The notes under the pieces are model-generated. The model did not search any database and was not told the DNA's origin. It saw nothing but the letters and a program-made list of their open reading frames with translations. A DNA stretch of 64,000 nucleotides from Balanoglossus misakiensis (taxonomy: Eukaryota; Animalia; Hemichordata): NCBI GenBank assembly GCA_040954595.2, contig CM082592.2, positions 9,597,677-9,661,676 on the forward strand, read 5' to 3'. Positions 30,601 to 55,900 of this stretch are shown piece after piece; the stretch's first letter is position 1, and each line of letters opens with the position of its first letter. Both the position numbers and the translations under genes were made by a program.

Positions 30601-32977
30601 CCCCGACGCCCGAACCGCCTAAAACACCCACGGATGGTGGAAGAATTAAGCGTGAGTATGCCTTGACACCCTCAGCTGATGAACTACGAACGAGAAAAGA
30701 TACGAATACGAAAACATATTCATTGTATTATGATGACGGCTGCTTGCGTGATAGTTGTAGGTAATTTCAATAGTGAAGCTCCAGATGATCAATAAAATTC
30801 TTTATAAATTCTTGCAGTAAAAGGAGTGCGTAAAGTTCAGGCTGCATTCCGAAAAGATCAAGGACGACTGCAATCACAGTTACAGAAAGTTTTGGAGTCA
30901 GCGAAAGAGTTGAAAGACGAAGAAGAAGAAGCAGAAAATACTTTGGATGAGAGAGGTAAGTGAAGTGCATGAACATTGTGGCTAATTGAGTGAGAGAGTG
31001 GGTTGGTGAGTACTAGTGAGTGACTGACTGACTGATTATGATTAGTGACGCCTTTGACACATGTCCCCTTTCTCCTGTAGACTCGTCAATAAACTTCATA
31101 GCTCACTACAGACTTATAGAGGAAGTCAAGGTAGACCCGTTTGCCAGGGCCTTTGTCATCGAAGACGGCAATGAAGATTTGATTCTGGATGTGTCGGTGA
31201 GTTACACACGCTTGTCTGACGCGCGCTGTGCCCTCTGATTGGCTCAAAGTACATGGAGGGAGGGCATTGCTTTTTGCACACTCTAGCATCCACCTGACTT
31301 ACATTTGATGCTTTTTACATTACAGGAGTTGAAAACAGCATTGGAAGGAATTCCATCCACCCAAGACGTAAAGGAGAAACAGATAGGCTATGCTTTAAAG
31401 GTAAATATTTTTTTTGTCGCGAGTTTAACTGTTTACATTTTTTGGCGGACCTGGGTGACCATGATCTAATATTGTGTTGTTTTGTCTGTGGTGTCATTAC
31501 AGGTTCTAGACATCGACGATCACTCCAAAATCTCATTCAAAATGTTTGCTGTAGTTGCGGCTGTACTCGAACGCATATGTAACATGGAGTAAGTATATCA
31601 AGATTCTCTCCCTCCCCCCTCTTATATCGACGTTACATCTGTCTAGCTTCGCCTATTCATGAATTTTTATTATACATGTAATTTTCATTATCTTAACACA
31701 CCGGGTTTTTTTTTTCTTTCCTTCATCCAGTCCATACGATCAAAACCTGATAGACAAATCGGACCTCATGGATATCGAAAGGAAGATGGCGCTCTACAAG
31801 GTAAGATCTCAAATATCCGTTCAACGGACTTGGTGACCGCCACAGTTGACAGAACTTGAGAAAGAAATAAGATGTTCACACATCCTACAGTAATCATGAT
31901 AGTCACCACTTTCTCTAACCACTCTGTCTTCCCAGGCGATGTTTTATTGCAATGTCAACTCGGACAGAAGTCCCAATTTTATCACTGCTGAATCTCTGCG
32001 CATTGAGCTGATTGCCGGCGGACTCAACCGTGCTCAGGAAGATTACATTATGTCGAAGATGAAACCTAATGAATACAAAGAGGTAAGCGGTGTCTTCACC
32101 TCTGACAACGACAGTACACACCCCGGGTACACACCAAGTCTAACTTTCTACAAAAGGAATATGACGTCCGCTGCCAAAACCCGGAACACGCTCGTAGCAT
32201 AGTATCTAGCGTGGCTGTCTCTGGAAGGCACCTACCACGAAGATAACGAGAATAAATGATTTATTACATAGAGTTGTTTTTTCTTGAGGGGCCTTCTTCA
32301 AAAATTAATCGGAATGGCCTATGCTACACGGAGCCCGTCGAATCTCATGCGAAATTTATGGAGATTTCCAATCACCAAGATCTCTGATCAATATTACGTT
32401 TCCTGTGACCAAAATCGCCATCTTTTATTGTGCTTTTCAGATTAACTTCATCGATTACATGGCTTACATTCCGCTGTTCATGTCGATGCACGAAAACATC
32501 GTCGGAAACCCACTCGATCGGTCCTACAGGTATACCGAGAAGAGGGAAGAGATTCAACGCGACCAGGTGCAGCTTGGACTGCCCATGCGCAGAGAATTTC
32601 TGCAGCTGCCTAAGAATGTCTTTCCGACCGGGGGTGTCTCTGCTAGGATGAAGGACGGAGATGCCTCCGCTCGGGGATTCGTTGATAGCGGTGAACTCAT
32701 TGGCAAACAGGTGTCTAAGTAAGTACCCGCAGACAACAGAACAAGACAGGGCTTGTGGATAGACCGTGGGGGAGAGGTACTGAGTTGGAAACCAAGTGTT
32801 CATACTTTTTTGTTAATCTCTAAACCTATTTGAATTATTATCATAAACCATTTCATTTTTAGTAAATGCACCTACAGAAACTAATCGAAGATATCAATTT
32901 TGTTCAACAGGTTGCCTAAAATCGGTTCTCGTCCAGGCTCGCGCAAGAAATCTCGCATGTTCTTGTCGCTGGACTGA
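15678..32977 (+). CDS. Large uncharacterised protein (~26 exons, ~1,480 aa): N-terminal Pro-rich/coiled-coil region, central Arg-rich and Asp/Ser-rich blocks, Lys/Glu helices, C-terminal EF-hand-like domain
   Basis: Continuous frame through GT-AG exons from MAEGGGTILLPPLPNKP (15678) via 16919-17025, 22930-23031, 23187-23249, 23426-23591, 23779-23988 and onward to ...KLPKIGSRPGSRKKSRMFLSLD* (32977). EF-loop-like segments DGNEDLILDVSE, DIDDHSKISFKMF and EINFIDYMAYIPLF. The link across the ~5.9-kb intron 17026-22929 is inferred from phase only. Confidence 0.78.
24557..24669. repeat. (CT)n microsatellite in an intron
   Basis: About 110 bp of near-perfect CT dinucleotide repeat. Confidence 0.95.
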
Positions 32978-35390
32978 TTGACATCGTTATTAAGGGCGCT
33001 ACAAAGGTGACCAGACAAGAACTTGCCAGTGCAATTGACCTCAAACTCCGTCCAAGTTGAAGATACTACGACAATAACTGGCTGTCAGTCTATTAAATAT
33101 AATAGCAAAGGCTCAATGAAAAATTCACAGATTTCGCGGATAACTTGTATTTGTAACACAGATGCTGCGACCCGGACAAGTTACCCGTGAATTCAAATAT
33201 GCCAAATCAAAATATGGAACTATCTTTTTAGACAACCATAATGACAAGTCGCATAGTCTATCATATTTTTCTGTATATATGTGTCATATTTTGAAACAGT
33301 GTGGACAATTTTAATTGTAAAAAGAGAGATAAAATGAACTTCAATCAATTCAATTGATCAAGTGATAAAATTATTTCTTATACCTCGAAATGTAGGAGCA
33401 TATTTTGTTTGAATATTTTAATTTTTCAAAGAAAAATGAAGATTGTATTCGTAAAGCTTCATTTTTATATTGTGTGGTGTGTTGTATTGTGTTTCTAGTG
33501 GTTCTAAACCGAATTAGAATGTGGCATTTTTTACAATTTTGCAAACATTCGCACAACTTGCTGTCAGGGATGACGTCATCTATGTTAATTTATTCTAATC
33601 GATGCACCTTCGGTTCAAAACGATTGAGACCACGTGGGACTAACAACATGACGTCACTCTTCTTGCAAGTTGTGTAGACCATTGGCTGCTTTGTATGTGG
33701 ATCGACAAGTCAATGGTAAACCTTGCTACCTCCAGACGCGGGACACCGCGTCCAAGTAGCAGAGGTTTGTGATTCCGAATTCAGGCATATCAGATGTATG
33801 AGAATGCGTAAATTAAAAGTGTGTGTGTGATGATCTTTCCGTGAAACATAATTATATAACCACTATTCTTGCCATTTACAATTTATCGTTTTGTGTCATT
33901 TGTTGCTTATGGAGGGTGCTATGAAGCAAAATAAAAAGGAATTGAAAATTTGGAAAAATATTTTGTCTGTCGTGTAAGTTTACCTTAGTACCAGATGCAC
34001 GCACACAATGCTATATTTTTCTATTTTAAACAAAGTCGTGCAGGCTAAACTCTCCGTAACAACATACAATACAGCACAGGGTTGTGTACAATTTAAATTT
34101 AATTGTCTTGTTAAAATTGAAAATCATATAACAAAAATCAAAATCCAAATAAAAACATTGAATTTCTTGTTAAAATTGTGCATGGCTTCACTCTAAGCCA
34201 TTATAGTAATTTTCTCCTAATGCTAGTAGTATGCAGGACACAATTGCGTTTTATTCGACTTAACTCACTCGACATATCAGGGGGTGCTTGATTTTTTGTA
34301 AGTGTGTGACCTTTATCCTGCCACCCCTGTTTTCCCTGTAAATGGGATGAACCATACCACTCACAACAATAGAGTACACCAAAGTACAGATGACAAGAGG
34401 AGAGGGGGTTAAAACTGAAAGTAGATGAGGTGACAGACGTACTGCGGATTTGAGGTCAGAAATCTTTCTTACAGAAGTCATATCTCTACATCTAGAAGGT
34501 TACAGTTTAACAAGATCATCTGTACATATTTCTATGGCACTCGCAGCAGACCCGATGCATGATGGGAAAATACACAAGTCTGACTGCAGCCAAACTCCAG
34601 AATCAGTTACAAAGAGAATTTTGAATCCCACAGACAGTAAAAGAAATGGGAATATATCAAGAACAGCAAAGAGTTTTTAAGCAATTTACACAGCGCAGGA
34701 CAAAATGCAGGTTAAAGAGTGATGTCAACACAACCTGTTAAAACTGGAAATCAATACATGAAGCTGAAACGTTCAAACTGTGCCACATACATAATGGAAG
34801 ATGTTGATTGAAAGAATAACACAATATTACCTCCTGACGTATTTACTGCTAGTTTTATGAAGGACGAAAAACAGAACCTTCCAAATTACACATGAATTAC
34901 AGCAAAATGCCGAGATTTGCATTTTCCTCCTTCAAACTATGATCCATGGGATCAAGTCTAACATTTTAAACCTTTCACTCCCGTATAGTGGTCCAACTGT
35001 CACAGAAAACAGTGTATTTGGACCAAATCATGGTGGTGAAAAGGATGAAAAACAAAGACAGCTCCTAGTATAACCCCATTATTTTAAAGTTTCTATTACT
35101 TCGACATGTGTCTGTAGCTATCATGATTTAACTCTAATGTTTCTGGAAACAAGTCAACTTTTCTGACAGGAATTTTTCGGGGGGGGGGGCGTTTTCCTAC
35201 CACAAGAGGGCGCCAACCACCATGTACCTGTGAACAAGCCAAGGTGACGACCATATATTTGTGTCTGGACCTTGATTATGGGTGTTGATTGTACAATTTT
35301 CGGTAGCCATCTTGAGCCCTGCCTAAAGAACAGCAGTTTGCATTAACTGGGCCTTACACAACGCACAGATGACCAGTGCTGTAGTTTCTG

Positions 35391-35816
35391 TAGTCTCGGT
35401 TACCCAGAGCCCTCTGCTTCTTCCGTTAGGCACTCCAGAAAGAGGGTCTGGGGAAACCCGGTAGACTAACCGTCAGGCGGAATCAGGACAGCTGCGATGC
35501 ATGACGGGAGATTAATATTCGATACGATATTATGATATGTCGATATTAGAAAACTATTTACCGAACTTCTCTCTCTCTTTTCAATTTGTATACAGTTTTA
35601 GCAGGTCTAGCACTTCTCAGCATGTTTTCTTTATCGTATGTCATACATGTCGGCCGTGGGTTCGCGCGCAGGACGTCGCCATTTTGGAATATTAATCTCC
35701 CGTCATGCATCGCAGCTGTCCTGATTCCGCCTGACGGTTAGTCTACCGGGTTTCCCCAGACCCTCTTTCTGGAGTGCCTAACGGAAGAAGCAGAGGGCTC
35801 TGGGTAACCGAGACTA
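35391..35816. mobile_element. Non-autonomous DNA transposon (MITE) with perfect 130-bp TIRs, TAG...CTA termini and 9-bp TSD; AcademH- or MULE-like
   Basis: 35391-35520 is the exact reverse complement of 35687-35816. The direct repeat TAGTTTCTG flanks it at 35382-35390 and 35817-35825. Confidence 0.9.
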
Positions 35817-37511
35817 TAGTTTCTGTTGATGACACAGCTATACTATTGAGCCAAGATGCACCCAACATGACTAAATTCACAAAGATGGAATCACCCATCA
35901 ACTGGCAGGTCTTTTTAAACAAACAGATCTTCATAAATATCAGCTGATTCTGGTCAGCATAATTTTTTTTATATTATTTGGTCCAAAGTCGAAAGAAATC
36001 ATGGCAAGATATCGGAAAGGTGAATTACTTTAGACGTCTGACGGTGTTGGGATTCATGATCATGGACAATCAACCTCCATATCATTCACATCAACTGCTC
36101 GAAAACGTTTAAGTAATTTCAACACAATAATATACAGATAATTAATCTCTTCTACTGCTTGGAAACACTGTTGGGTAATTCTCTTTTCCAGTACAGTGAT
36201 TATAAATATTACGTCTAAATGGATACATTACTGAATACGTGCTATTTTCGAGTTGTGAATTATGAGAATTTTCATTTCATATTTGCATGCATGATTACAA
36301 AAGTGAATTACAGGCCAATAATGGCGCGTATGAATTGGTGGACCATTTGATTGGTTGACACTAGGTCATGTGGTGTGATGTGCTAATTTGAGTAATGAAC
36401 AACACGCAGAGGGACAACAGACAGTGGTGATCACACAAGACATGCTAAGCTGTGTCGAATATAGCGCCACCCCCTCTTGTATCTATCCAAACTTCTGAAT
36501 CCGCCACAAACCAAAAAACAAACTAATTTGCACTTTTACACAGAACAAGGTCTCCAAGTCTTTGCAGAGATGCAGAAATCAGGCTTGAAGTTACATGGCT
36601 TGTGGGACACCTTTAATACTCCACAAATTCATTATCAGTTTCATTTTCATCTGGTTGCATGCCGCGGATTTTCCTATCAAAGATTATGCAACTGTACACA
36701 TGGATAATCACTTGCTGTCTAAATTTCTGTCATTACTTTTAAATTTTGTGTTATGCGAGGAAACGATATTGACTATAAAAACCATACAATCACTGTCGAT
36801 ATCACAATCAGCCTAGAAAAGTCATGTAAATTTTCGCTTTTTTTCTTAGGATTCACAAAATAGCTGTGGCTGATCATGAAGAGAGAAAAAATATCTGTTC
36901 CATGAAACAAACAGAATACTTCATTTGTGTTAGTCAATAGTGTCTTCTATTTTTTGCTTTGATAATGTCACCAATGGCAAAAAAAATAATAATCAAAGGT
37001 CTTAATACTAATATCACCTATCAAGGCAGAACTGTGGAGAAAAAAAAAATTCACTGAACGAAAATTCAGTTAGAAATATCTGTTGAGTCCATGCAGCCAC
37101 CGACTGCATGCTCATTGGCGGCGATCTGCGATTACGTCGCGTTGAAATTCCCGTCGGAGTGACCGGCGTCACCTGGTGTCGATTCCGACTCGGAGGAGAT
37201 CCGCTGGCAAAAAAAGTCGCAATGCTTCCGGAAGATACCGACGCGCTATTGTAATTGATCATAGCTAATAACGAGCAGCTACCGGCGTGAATGGCAATGG
37301 AAGTCTGGAGTGTGTCTCGGACTGGCAGTAGAATGAGACACGGTTAACTTTGATGGCTTGTTTTTTTTCTTCTTCTTTGTCTTCTTTCCCGTCTCTGTTT
37401 TCTTTTTTTATAATACTACAATACATGATGAAACAATAGAATAGGTACAGACAGGGCTAAAAATATACATGCCCCCGTGCTGCAAATTTGTTTGTGAACA
37501 GCTCTCCTTCT

Positions 37512-37538
37512 ATCATCATCATCATCATCATCATCATC
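37512..37538. repeat. (ATC)n trinucleotide microsatellite downstream of the TAO stop codon
   Basis: Nine tandem ATC units. Confidence 0.85.
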
Positions 37539-37720
37539 AATCTCATCATCATCTCCCAGGTTTCTCCTGAGCTTCATTGAATCAATGGCACCTTGTCCTG
37601 AGGTTTTTTTTCTTCATAAATCCATGATTAGCTCTGATACAAAAAACAACAGCTGTTGTATGCAAACTGTTACTGAAAAAAAAAACTATACGCTAAAAGT
37701 GGCTGACACCAATCAACGTT

Positions 37721-49345
<11,625 letters not shown>

Positions 49346-51841
49346 GTTGAAAACATCCAGTTGCCACAGGGGTGCGAGAGGTAACGATTTCTGCAGCACG
49401 GACGACGTAGCTGCAACGCGCTGCAACCTTGGAGAGCGTTGTGGCAGTTCACATTGAGCGCACTGATGCTGCAGTCCAGACTACCCTGTTTAATTGAACA
49501 CAAAATGCGAGTGTAAGCAATTAGCATCATGCAAAAGTCAAATTTAGATTTCAACATGTTCTGAAACAGAAAATATCATCATGTACGTGTACAATATAGA
49601 GACTGGTAATTTAATATTGAGGCACATGTTAAGAATCATAAGTTCACTCTGCCCAAGATAGTCACATCTGTACGACTATGTAAAAACAAACATGCACACA
49701 TCCAGGTGCATGTATATTACAGACCTGTACATTACATGCCCAATCACACAAACTAGTAGCGAACGAGTTCAAATAGCTCAAAACCCTTGCAAAGTCCCAG
49801 GACAACCTGTCTATAACGGTCCAGAGGTATCAATTCCCTGGATGCCAACACATTTACTTGAGGCACCAGGATCAGAAATGATTAACTGGTTTAACAAGCA
49901 AAACGACATAACACCGATCCAAGATCTAGGGTAGCTAAGAGATGTCTATGCGGGATATCATTACACTGAAGTCTTAATTAAAAAGGTATTATATGAGTGT
50001 GTCCACGCAAGGAAATAACTTGTACATTGTCATAATTTTTGCAGAGATGTTTATATAATTAGTAGCCAGCATGTTCATAAAATGGACCGATGAGCCAACA
50101 GGAAAACACAAAACTTCAGTATTTGTTCCATATCAAGTGTTGATAATGATGGACCAATGGCAAATACACAGCCACTTTGCTGTTTACTGTTATTTTATTT
50201 ACAAGGGTCCCATTTTCTTCGGCAGATGTAAACTGTCGGGTCACATGTCACATTCATAAATACCATTCTAAGCGATAGCTTTACACTGGTGAAGTGGGGT
50301 CAGCGGGGCAGGCCTGGGCATATTTTTTGCCAGCCAGTTGTTTCAGCTTTGTTTGAGCTTCAGCGGGGATTCCCCTTTGCCAAACTGCCAGGGTTGATCA
50401 TTTTCAAGGTTAATCCTGACAATAGCCATATTGCCACAAAACTCACACAGCTTACACTAATTGTCCATAGCATTAGCATACAAGGACATATAATATACTA
50501 TTACTCATAACCATATGTCCTGTTTTCGAATTTAAACCTAAGTTCTAGCAAATAAATAATCAAATTATGTTAAATTATAACCAGCTACATTCTGCAATTT
50601 GCAATTTCCCAGATCTATACGATCAATGGCCTCAGTTCATTTGAGTTTCATCAGACACATTTCCGGCGGACCTTTAGTATAACAACATGTTTTACAGACA
50701 AATTTCGATTCAACACTGAAGACCAACGTCATATACATATTCATGACCTTGGCCATCATAAAAGGTTGACTGCTTTTAGTAACCTTATCGGGGACAACTT
50801 ACAGTATGTGGGTCACAAGAAATTGTGACCCAGTCACATGACCCATAATGCATGGTGTTAATTGAACAAGTGTTAATTAGACTTGTATAAAGTAAACAAA
50901 TTAAACTGGCATTTGTATGTATTCAATGAAGGAGATACTAGGAGAGAACACTTCACCATCTAATAACCCCTCTTCAGTTCTTGTTGTTTCTTGATAACCT
51001 TAATAGTCTTGAAGGTCAGAGCAACCATGAAGCCAATCAGAGAAGGCGTACTGTGTCATTGTGACACTTTTCAAGTCCAGCCTTTGTGATGTTTTTCAAC
51101 ACTCATCACGATAAATCCCTCAAGGTCTAATTAACGGCCTCAGATTAAATGCCCGGGGCTTTTGCATCTGTCGGTGATACGTCCTGAAGCGGCGTATCGT
51201 TCCCCCTCCTTACTCAGTGCTGGAAAACGCGAATTATATCGTCCCATCCGTCATGCCATCTGCACCAGCTCTACAACAAAGGGCACGTCTGCGTCAAAAC
51301 GCGACACAAGAGGTTGGGCCAAAATATGGCCTCTATACCCCGGAAGGATGGTCGTTCAGCGACTCCGGCAACCAGTGCAAACGTAAACATAGCTAAGAAG
51401 TGACACCACTTCCCGACCGAGCTACACATATATGCGATGCATAAATTAAGTCATGACTTCCCAGATCTCTTCTCTCTCTCCTCGAACAATATTTAATAGA
51501 TCGTGCTCGAGAAAAGCCAGTTCATCAGAGGCCGAGGCATTTTCTCGATCACAGAACATTAACCCCGATCCCGTACTTAAAGATGACTATGTAGTTATCT
51601 CTTTCCTTTGTGCATCTATCGGTTAGGCTATCAGGTTCATATTGACGTCCTGACTAACATGCTCGGCTTGATTTTAAGAAGAAGGCTGCGAGTAACCTTA
51701 CAAATGAATGGGTCTAAGTTTTCAGAACCGATCGATGACGTGAGACCAAGGCGTACGATCGCGTGAATTTCAGCCCGGCAGGAAAAGATCAGCGCAAAAA
51801 GTCACTCACAGATCGACGAAGGATTATTTCTATTGTACGAT

Positions 51842-51962
51842 ACTCACGATTTGTGTAATATTTCCGTGGCTTAGACTGCGAAAATGATGAAATTCTTGAA
51901 CTTAACCAACTCCTCCCTTGCTTGAAATTTACGAAACCAATATGGCGACATGCGCATGCGCA
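51842..51962 (-). promoter_or_regulatory. Probable TAO promoter and non-coding first exon with a perfect NRF1 palindrome
   Basis: TGCGCATGCGCA at 51951-51962, adjacent ATATGGCG (YY1-like), and a minus-strand GTGAGT donor (ACTCAC at 51842-51847) in a CpG-rich region. Confidence 0.55.
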
Positions 51963-52950
51963 TTCTGTTTCCTCTACAGGAAGTTGGGATGATCCTGATG
52001 ATTAAGGTTCCTAATAGGTGATTGACCAAAGACTCGTGCGACTACCGGTACCCAAACCGAAATAAAAGTTTTATTCTTTGTTAATGTATGGTCGTTTTGT
52101 GAAATGCGTAAAAATAAAATCATGGTAAAGAGACAGAAAATAGAGGTGCACTTTGTTATGTATATTTCATTCATTTAGAAATGTGTCTGTTTTAGATGTT
52201 TTTCCTGTTAAAAAAGAGGTGCTTCTATTGTGCGAAGCACAACCCAAACGCCGGATATTTCATGTAGTTTTATACTTTAAATATCGCACGAAATATCTGT
52301 AACCACAACACTCGCAAAACTGTTTGGGACAGATACAGCCCATGATTGTAAACTGATATGAGCATTGTGAAAAAGTTTCCAAGAATTTTAGCCGAGTCCA
52401 TAACTACCACGCCTGGTGTAATTCTAGTGGTTTCTTCATCTTTTAATGAGTAGGACTACTTTTTCTATCAAAATTTATCTTGTCATGGGTATAAATGTAA
52501 TACACAAAGCAATAAGCTTAGTGCATGGTGCCCAACAAAAAATTAAAGTTAGGGGGGGGGGGGGGAATAATGATGGGGGCGCTGTTCAATACTTGAAACT
52601 ACTGATGTCACAAAAAATGTTGCACACTTTGTCACTGTCAAACCATCATTTTATTAAATTCTACAAAGCTTTCGACAATGTAAATGTTTAACGCATGAGA
52701 CACATCCCATGGTTATCTCTCCTTTTAATGCTACATTAGCAGCAGTGAAGTTTAGGTACAAAGTACAAAGCGTTTGCATAATACATTGTATACATTATGT
52801 ATACGTGTCCCAGCATCTGTAAGTTTCTTTAATTTTTGATAAAGAAATGTAACCTTCCAGCAGTGTGCACATATATAAACTTTTTTCTCCACAAAAGACA
52901 GCCACCGCAATATTATTCATTTCTAACAGTAACCACACTTTCTAGTCTAA

Positions 52951-55900
52951 TTAATACCATCTCTGTGTCGTCACGGTGCTTTGGTGACAGGAATCCCAGA
53001 AGTCTCTCAATCGGCCATCTTTGTTGGCACAAAACTGCTTGAAGTCCCCGAGAAGCTTCTCGCAGAATTTCTCGTCCCCGGTCGACGCCGATCGCCACCG
53101 CTTTGTCAGCATGAAATTGTGCATCCAGTAGAAGCCAGGCTTTCTGCTTTCGTAGTTTCTGGCCACGCCCAGCCGCCTCTGCGGTGAAAACACGTTGTCT
53201 CTTTTGGAGCCTTTCCTGTCGGGGATGAAGATGAATGCTGTGCCAGTCATGTGCACGTACTGTTCTGAGATCTCCAGTCTCCGGCCGTGTGCCGTCAAAT
53301 GGTGCACTATATCTCGCACAAAACCAAAGCTGAAAGGAGAAAGAAACAGTGGGTTGAAGATCAGCTAATAATTAGTATACATCACTTGATTAAACCATGG
53401 TAACTCACAAAAGTTCAATAAATAAGTCATCGTCAATGACATAGTCCCCACTGGGTCAATGAGATCAGTCCAGGCATGTCAGCAAAAATTTAGTCCTTTG
53501 CCAGGAATCCCCAGGAAAAAGACAATGTCTCAAGCCCACCTCTTCAGAATTTCCTTCTGAAAGAATTCTATCTGTAGTTCATTGGTTTGTGTCTCCGTGT
53601 CTTCAAGGATCTCGCCACACTGCAAGTGGATGAACAGTGGACATCTGAGGGGATCGGAGTACAGAGCATTGTGACCGAACGGATCAATAGTGGCCGGTAT
53701 GAGGTGGAAGCCACAGGCCCCTGCTTTGCGGGCCCAACTCTGAACCTGCGGAGAAATCAAGACATGTTTTTTGTTATTTCCTTGAAAGAAGCACAAAACA
53801 GGAAAATGAAATGTCCATTTTCAGAATCAGGAAGGGGGAGTAGCAGCAGTGATGCTGTGTGTTTGAAGCAATTTGACGAGCACAATTCTAAAGTCACGTA
53901 CCAAATCCATGATGAGACATCCCGTCGCTACCAGCCACTGCACCTCCAATTCAAACGCAGAATTAGTTTTATAGATGCCGTGGTAACGCACATGACACCA
54001 CTCCACCCTCTCGCTTTTGTTGTTGATGTCAACATCCAACAAGACTTCCTTGTCAGTTTTCAACCTATGACCTGTATGGTAATGTGGTTATAAAACGTGA
54101 AACGTGAAAACTGTACCTGATTTTAAAAGACCTTGCAACTTTTGAATTTTCAAGTGACAAGACTGATATTGTTACATATGCACAGAATGAAAGCTGCATG
54201 TTGACTTACATGTATTCTTGTGCCAGAATGACACCCTAAAGATTTTGTCTGCAGAGCCGTACCCTCTAATGGGAATAGTCCAGTACTTACCACTTCCTGT
54301 CACCTCCGGTTGTGTTGGTTGTTCCGTGTTGTAAGTGGCAACTTCAAACCAGTCCATGTCGAAAGTCTCAAAGGTAGAGAACCTCATCCCTCTACATTTC
54401 TTGGCGCTGGAGTCTAAACCATATGGGAAGGAGACATGGTCACATTACAGGGTTTGCATGAGAATGCAACAGCATGAAACAGGGGCTGATGTAACAATGG
54501 ATAATGAGCATTCAGCACCCACCTTCTGGTATAATGAAGTACAGATAGAACCCATTCACAAACGGGTGAGTGATCAGCGAACACGAGGCATGCATTACTA
54601 GTCCTTCTTCCACCATTGTCTGTAACAGTGAAAGAGTTGAATATTGTGATTGAAATGCAAAGTTGTAAGCAGACTTCAGCCATTCAGTAAATTCAACAAA
54701 ATGGGGTAATTTGAAGAAAAAACAGCATAAATTTGGCTCAGATTCCAATAAATATCGATAATCACCTGAAAGATCTCCACAGCTTGGTTCTCTGTGATGT
54801 CCCCTTGCAAAGTCTGCATCAACCAACTGACAGCCTCAGCACTGACAAAGGTATACTCTGGCAACTTTCTCTGATCGCAGGGCAGGAAAATCATGCCACA
54901 ACTGGAGAAAGATTGGAGAAAAAATCCACTTACATTGATACAAGTTTACAGAAAAATCCCACGTGGATCACTAGTCACATGATTTTTTTTTTAAATCTCA
55001 ATTTCTCTACTTGCCTGGAATCTTTCATAGCTTTGATGATATCAACCAGTGGTGACTCTAGGGTCAATTTCTCGTCCTCTTCCCTAACTGCATCATCTGC
55101 TTCCGCGGCCGCCGTCAGCGCTATGGTGATGGAATCGTTGGATGGAGTGGAGTTGTCGGCGTAGCTCATTGTCACTGTGGCAACATCGCTGGATGTTGAT
55201 GCTATGACAGACTGTTAGAGAGAGAGAGTGAGAGAGAGAGAGAGTGGGGGGGGGGTAGGTAAATTTCTCATTCCAGTGATACAGCGCTGTTAGAACCTCT
55301 GTCACAGGAATGTGATCATCACTGTCTTAGCCATCCAGCCTCATCCATGTCCCGAGTAGCATAAGCACATAACAGCCTTACTGGTATTACACACATAGAA
55401 AAGTACACACCCTATACACCAGCTCACAAAATCATGAAGATAAAATAATGCATCACACTCACTTTTGGTGTTGGTGTCGTATCTTTTGGTGTGGCATCTT
55501 TCTCTGTCATTTGCGGCAAGGCAGTCAACATGGCAGAACTAGCTTTCCTGGAGGGTGGCCGGCTTGGAGGCTGGCTGTCAGGAGCCAGGAGTTTCTGTCA
55601 GAAAAAGAGCAAAAGTGTGCAATCTTAGTCAACTTTAATCGAACATCGTTGCCTTATGACCTGCTCTCTTGGTCACTTGAGCCACAGTCCGACGAGAAAA
55701 TCATTCCTTTCCCATCCAGCCAACTTCAGCAGTTGACCAGTCCCTACCTTCATCCTAAGCGGTCTCCTGATGCGGTTCAGGACTTCGACAAATCTGAGAA
55801 ATCCTTCTAAAATCTCGGCAGACGATTTCGTCTCGATGCTGTGGTAGATGTCACAGGTATCACTTAATCCGTCATTGATCTTCTTGGTGGCTGTGCTGTT

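Noticed and set aside
50809-50832. Perfect 10-bp stem hairpin TGGGTCACAA-GAAA-TTGTGACCCA in TAO intron 1
   Set aside because: A single short palindrome is plausible by chance in 64 kb; there is no TSD and no recognisable RNA family.
53587-54093. 168-aa plus-strand ORF
   Set aside because: Antisense shadow of DEPDC5 exons and intron, with no domain features.
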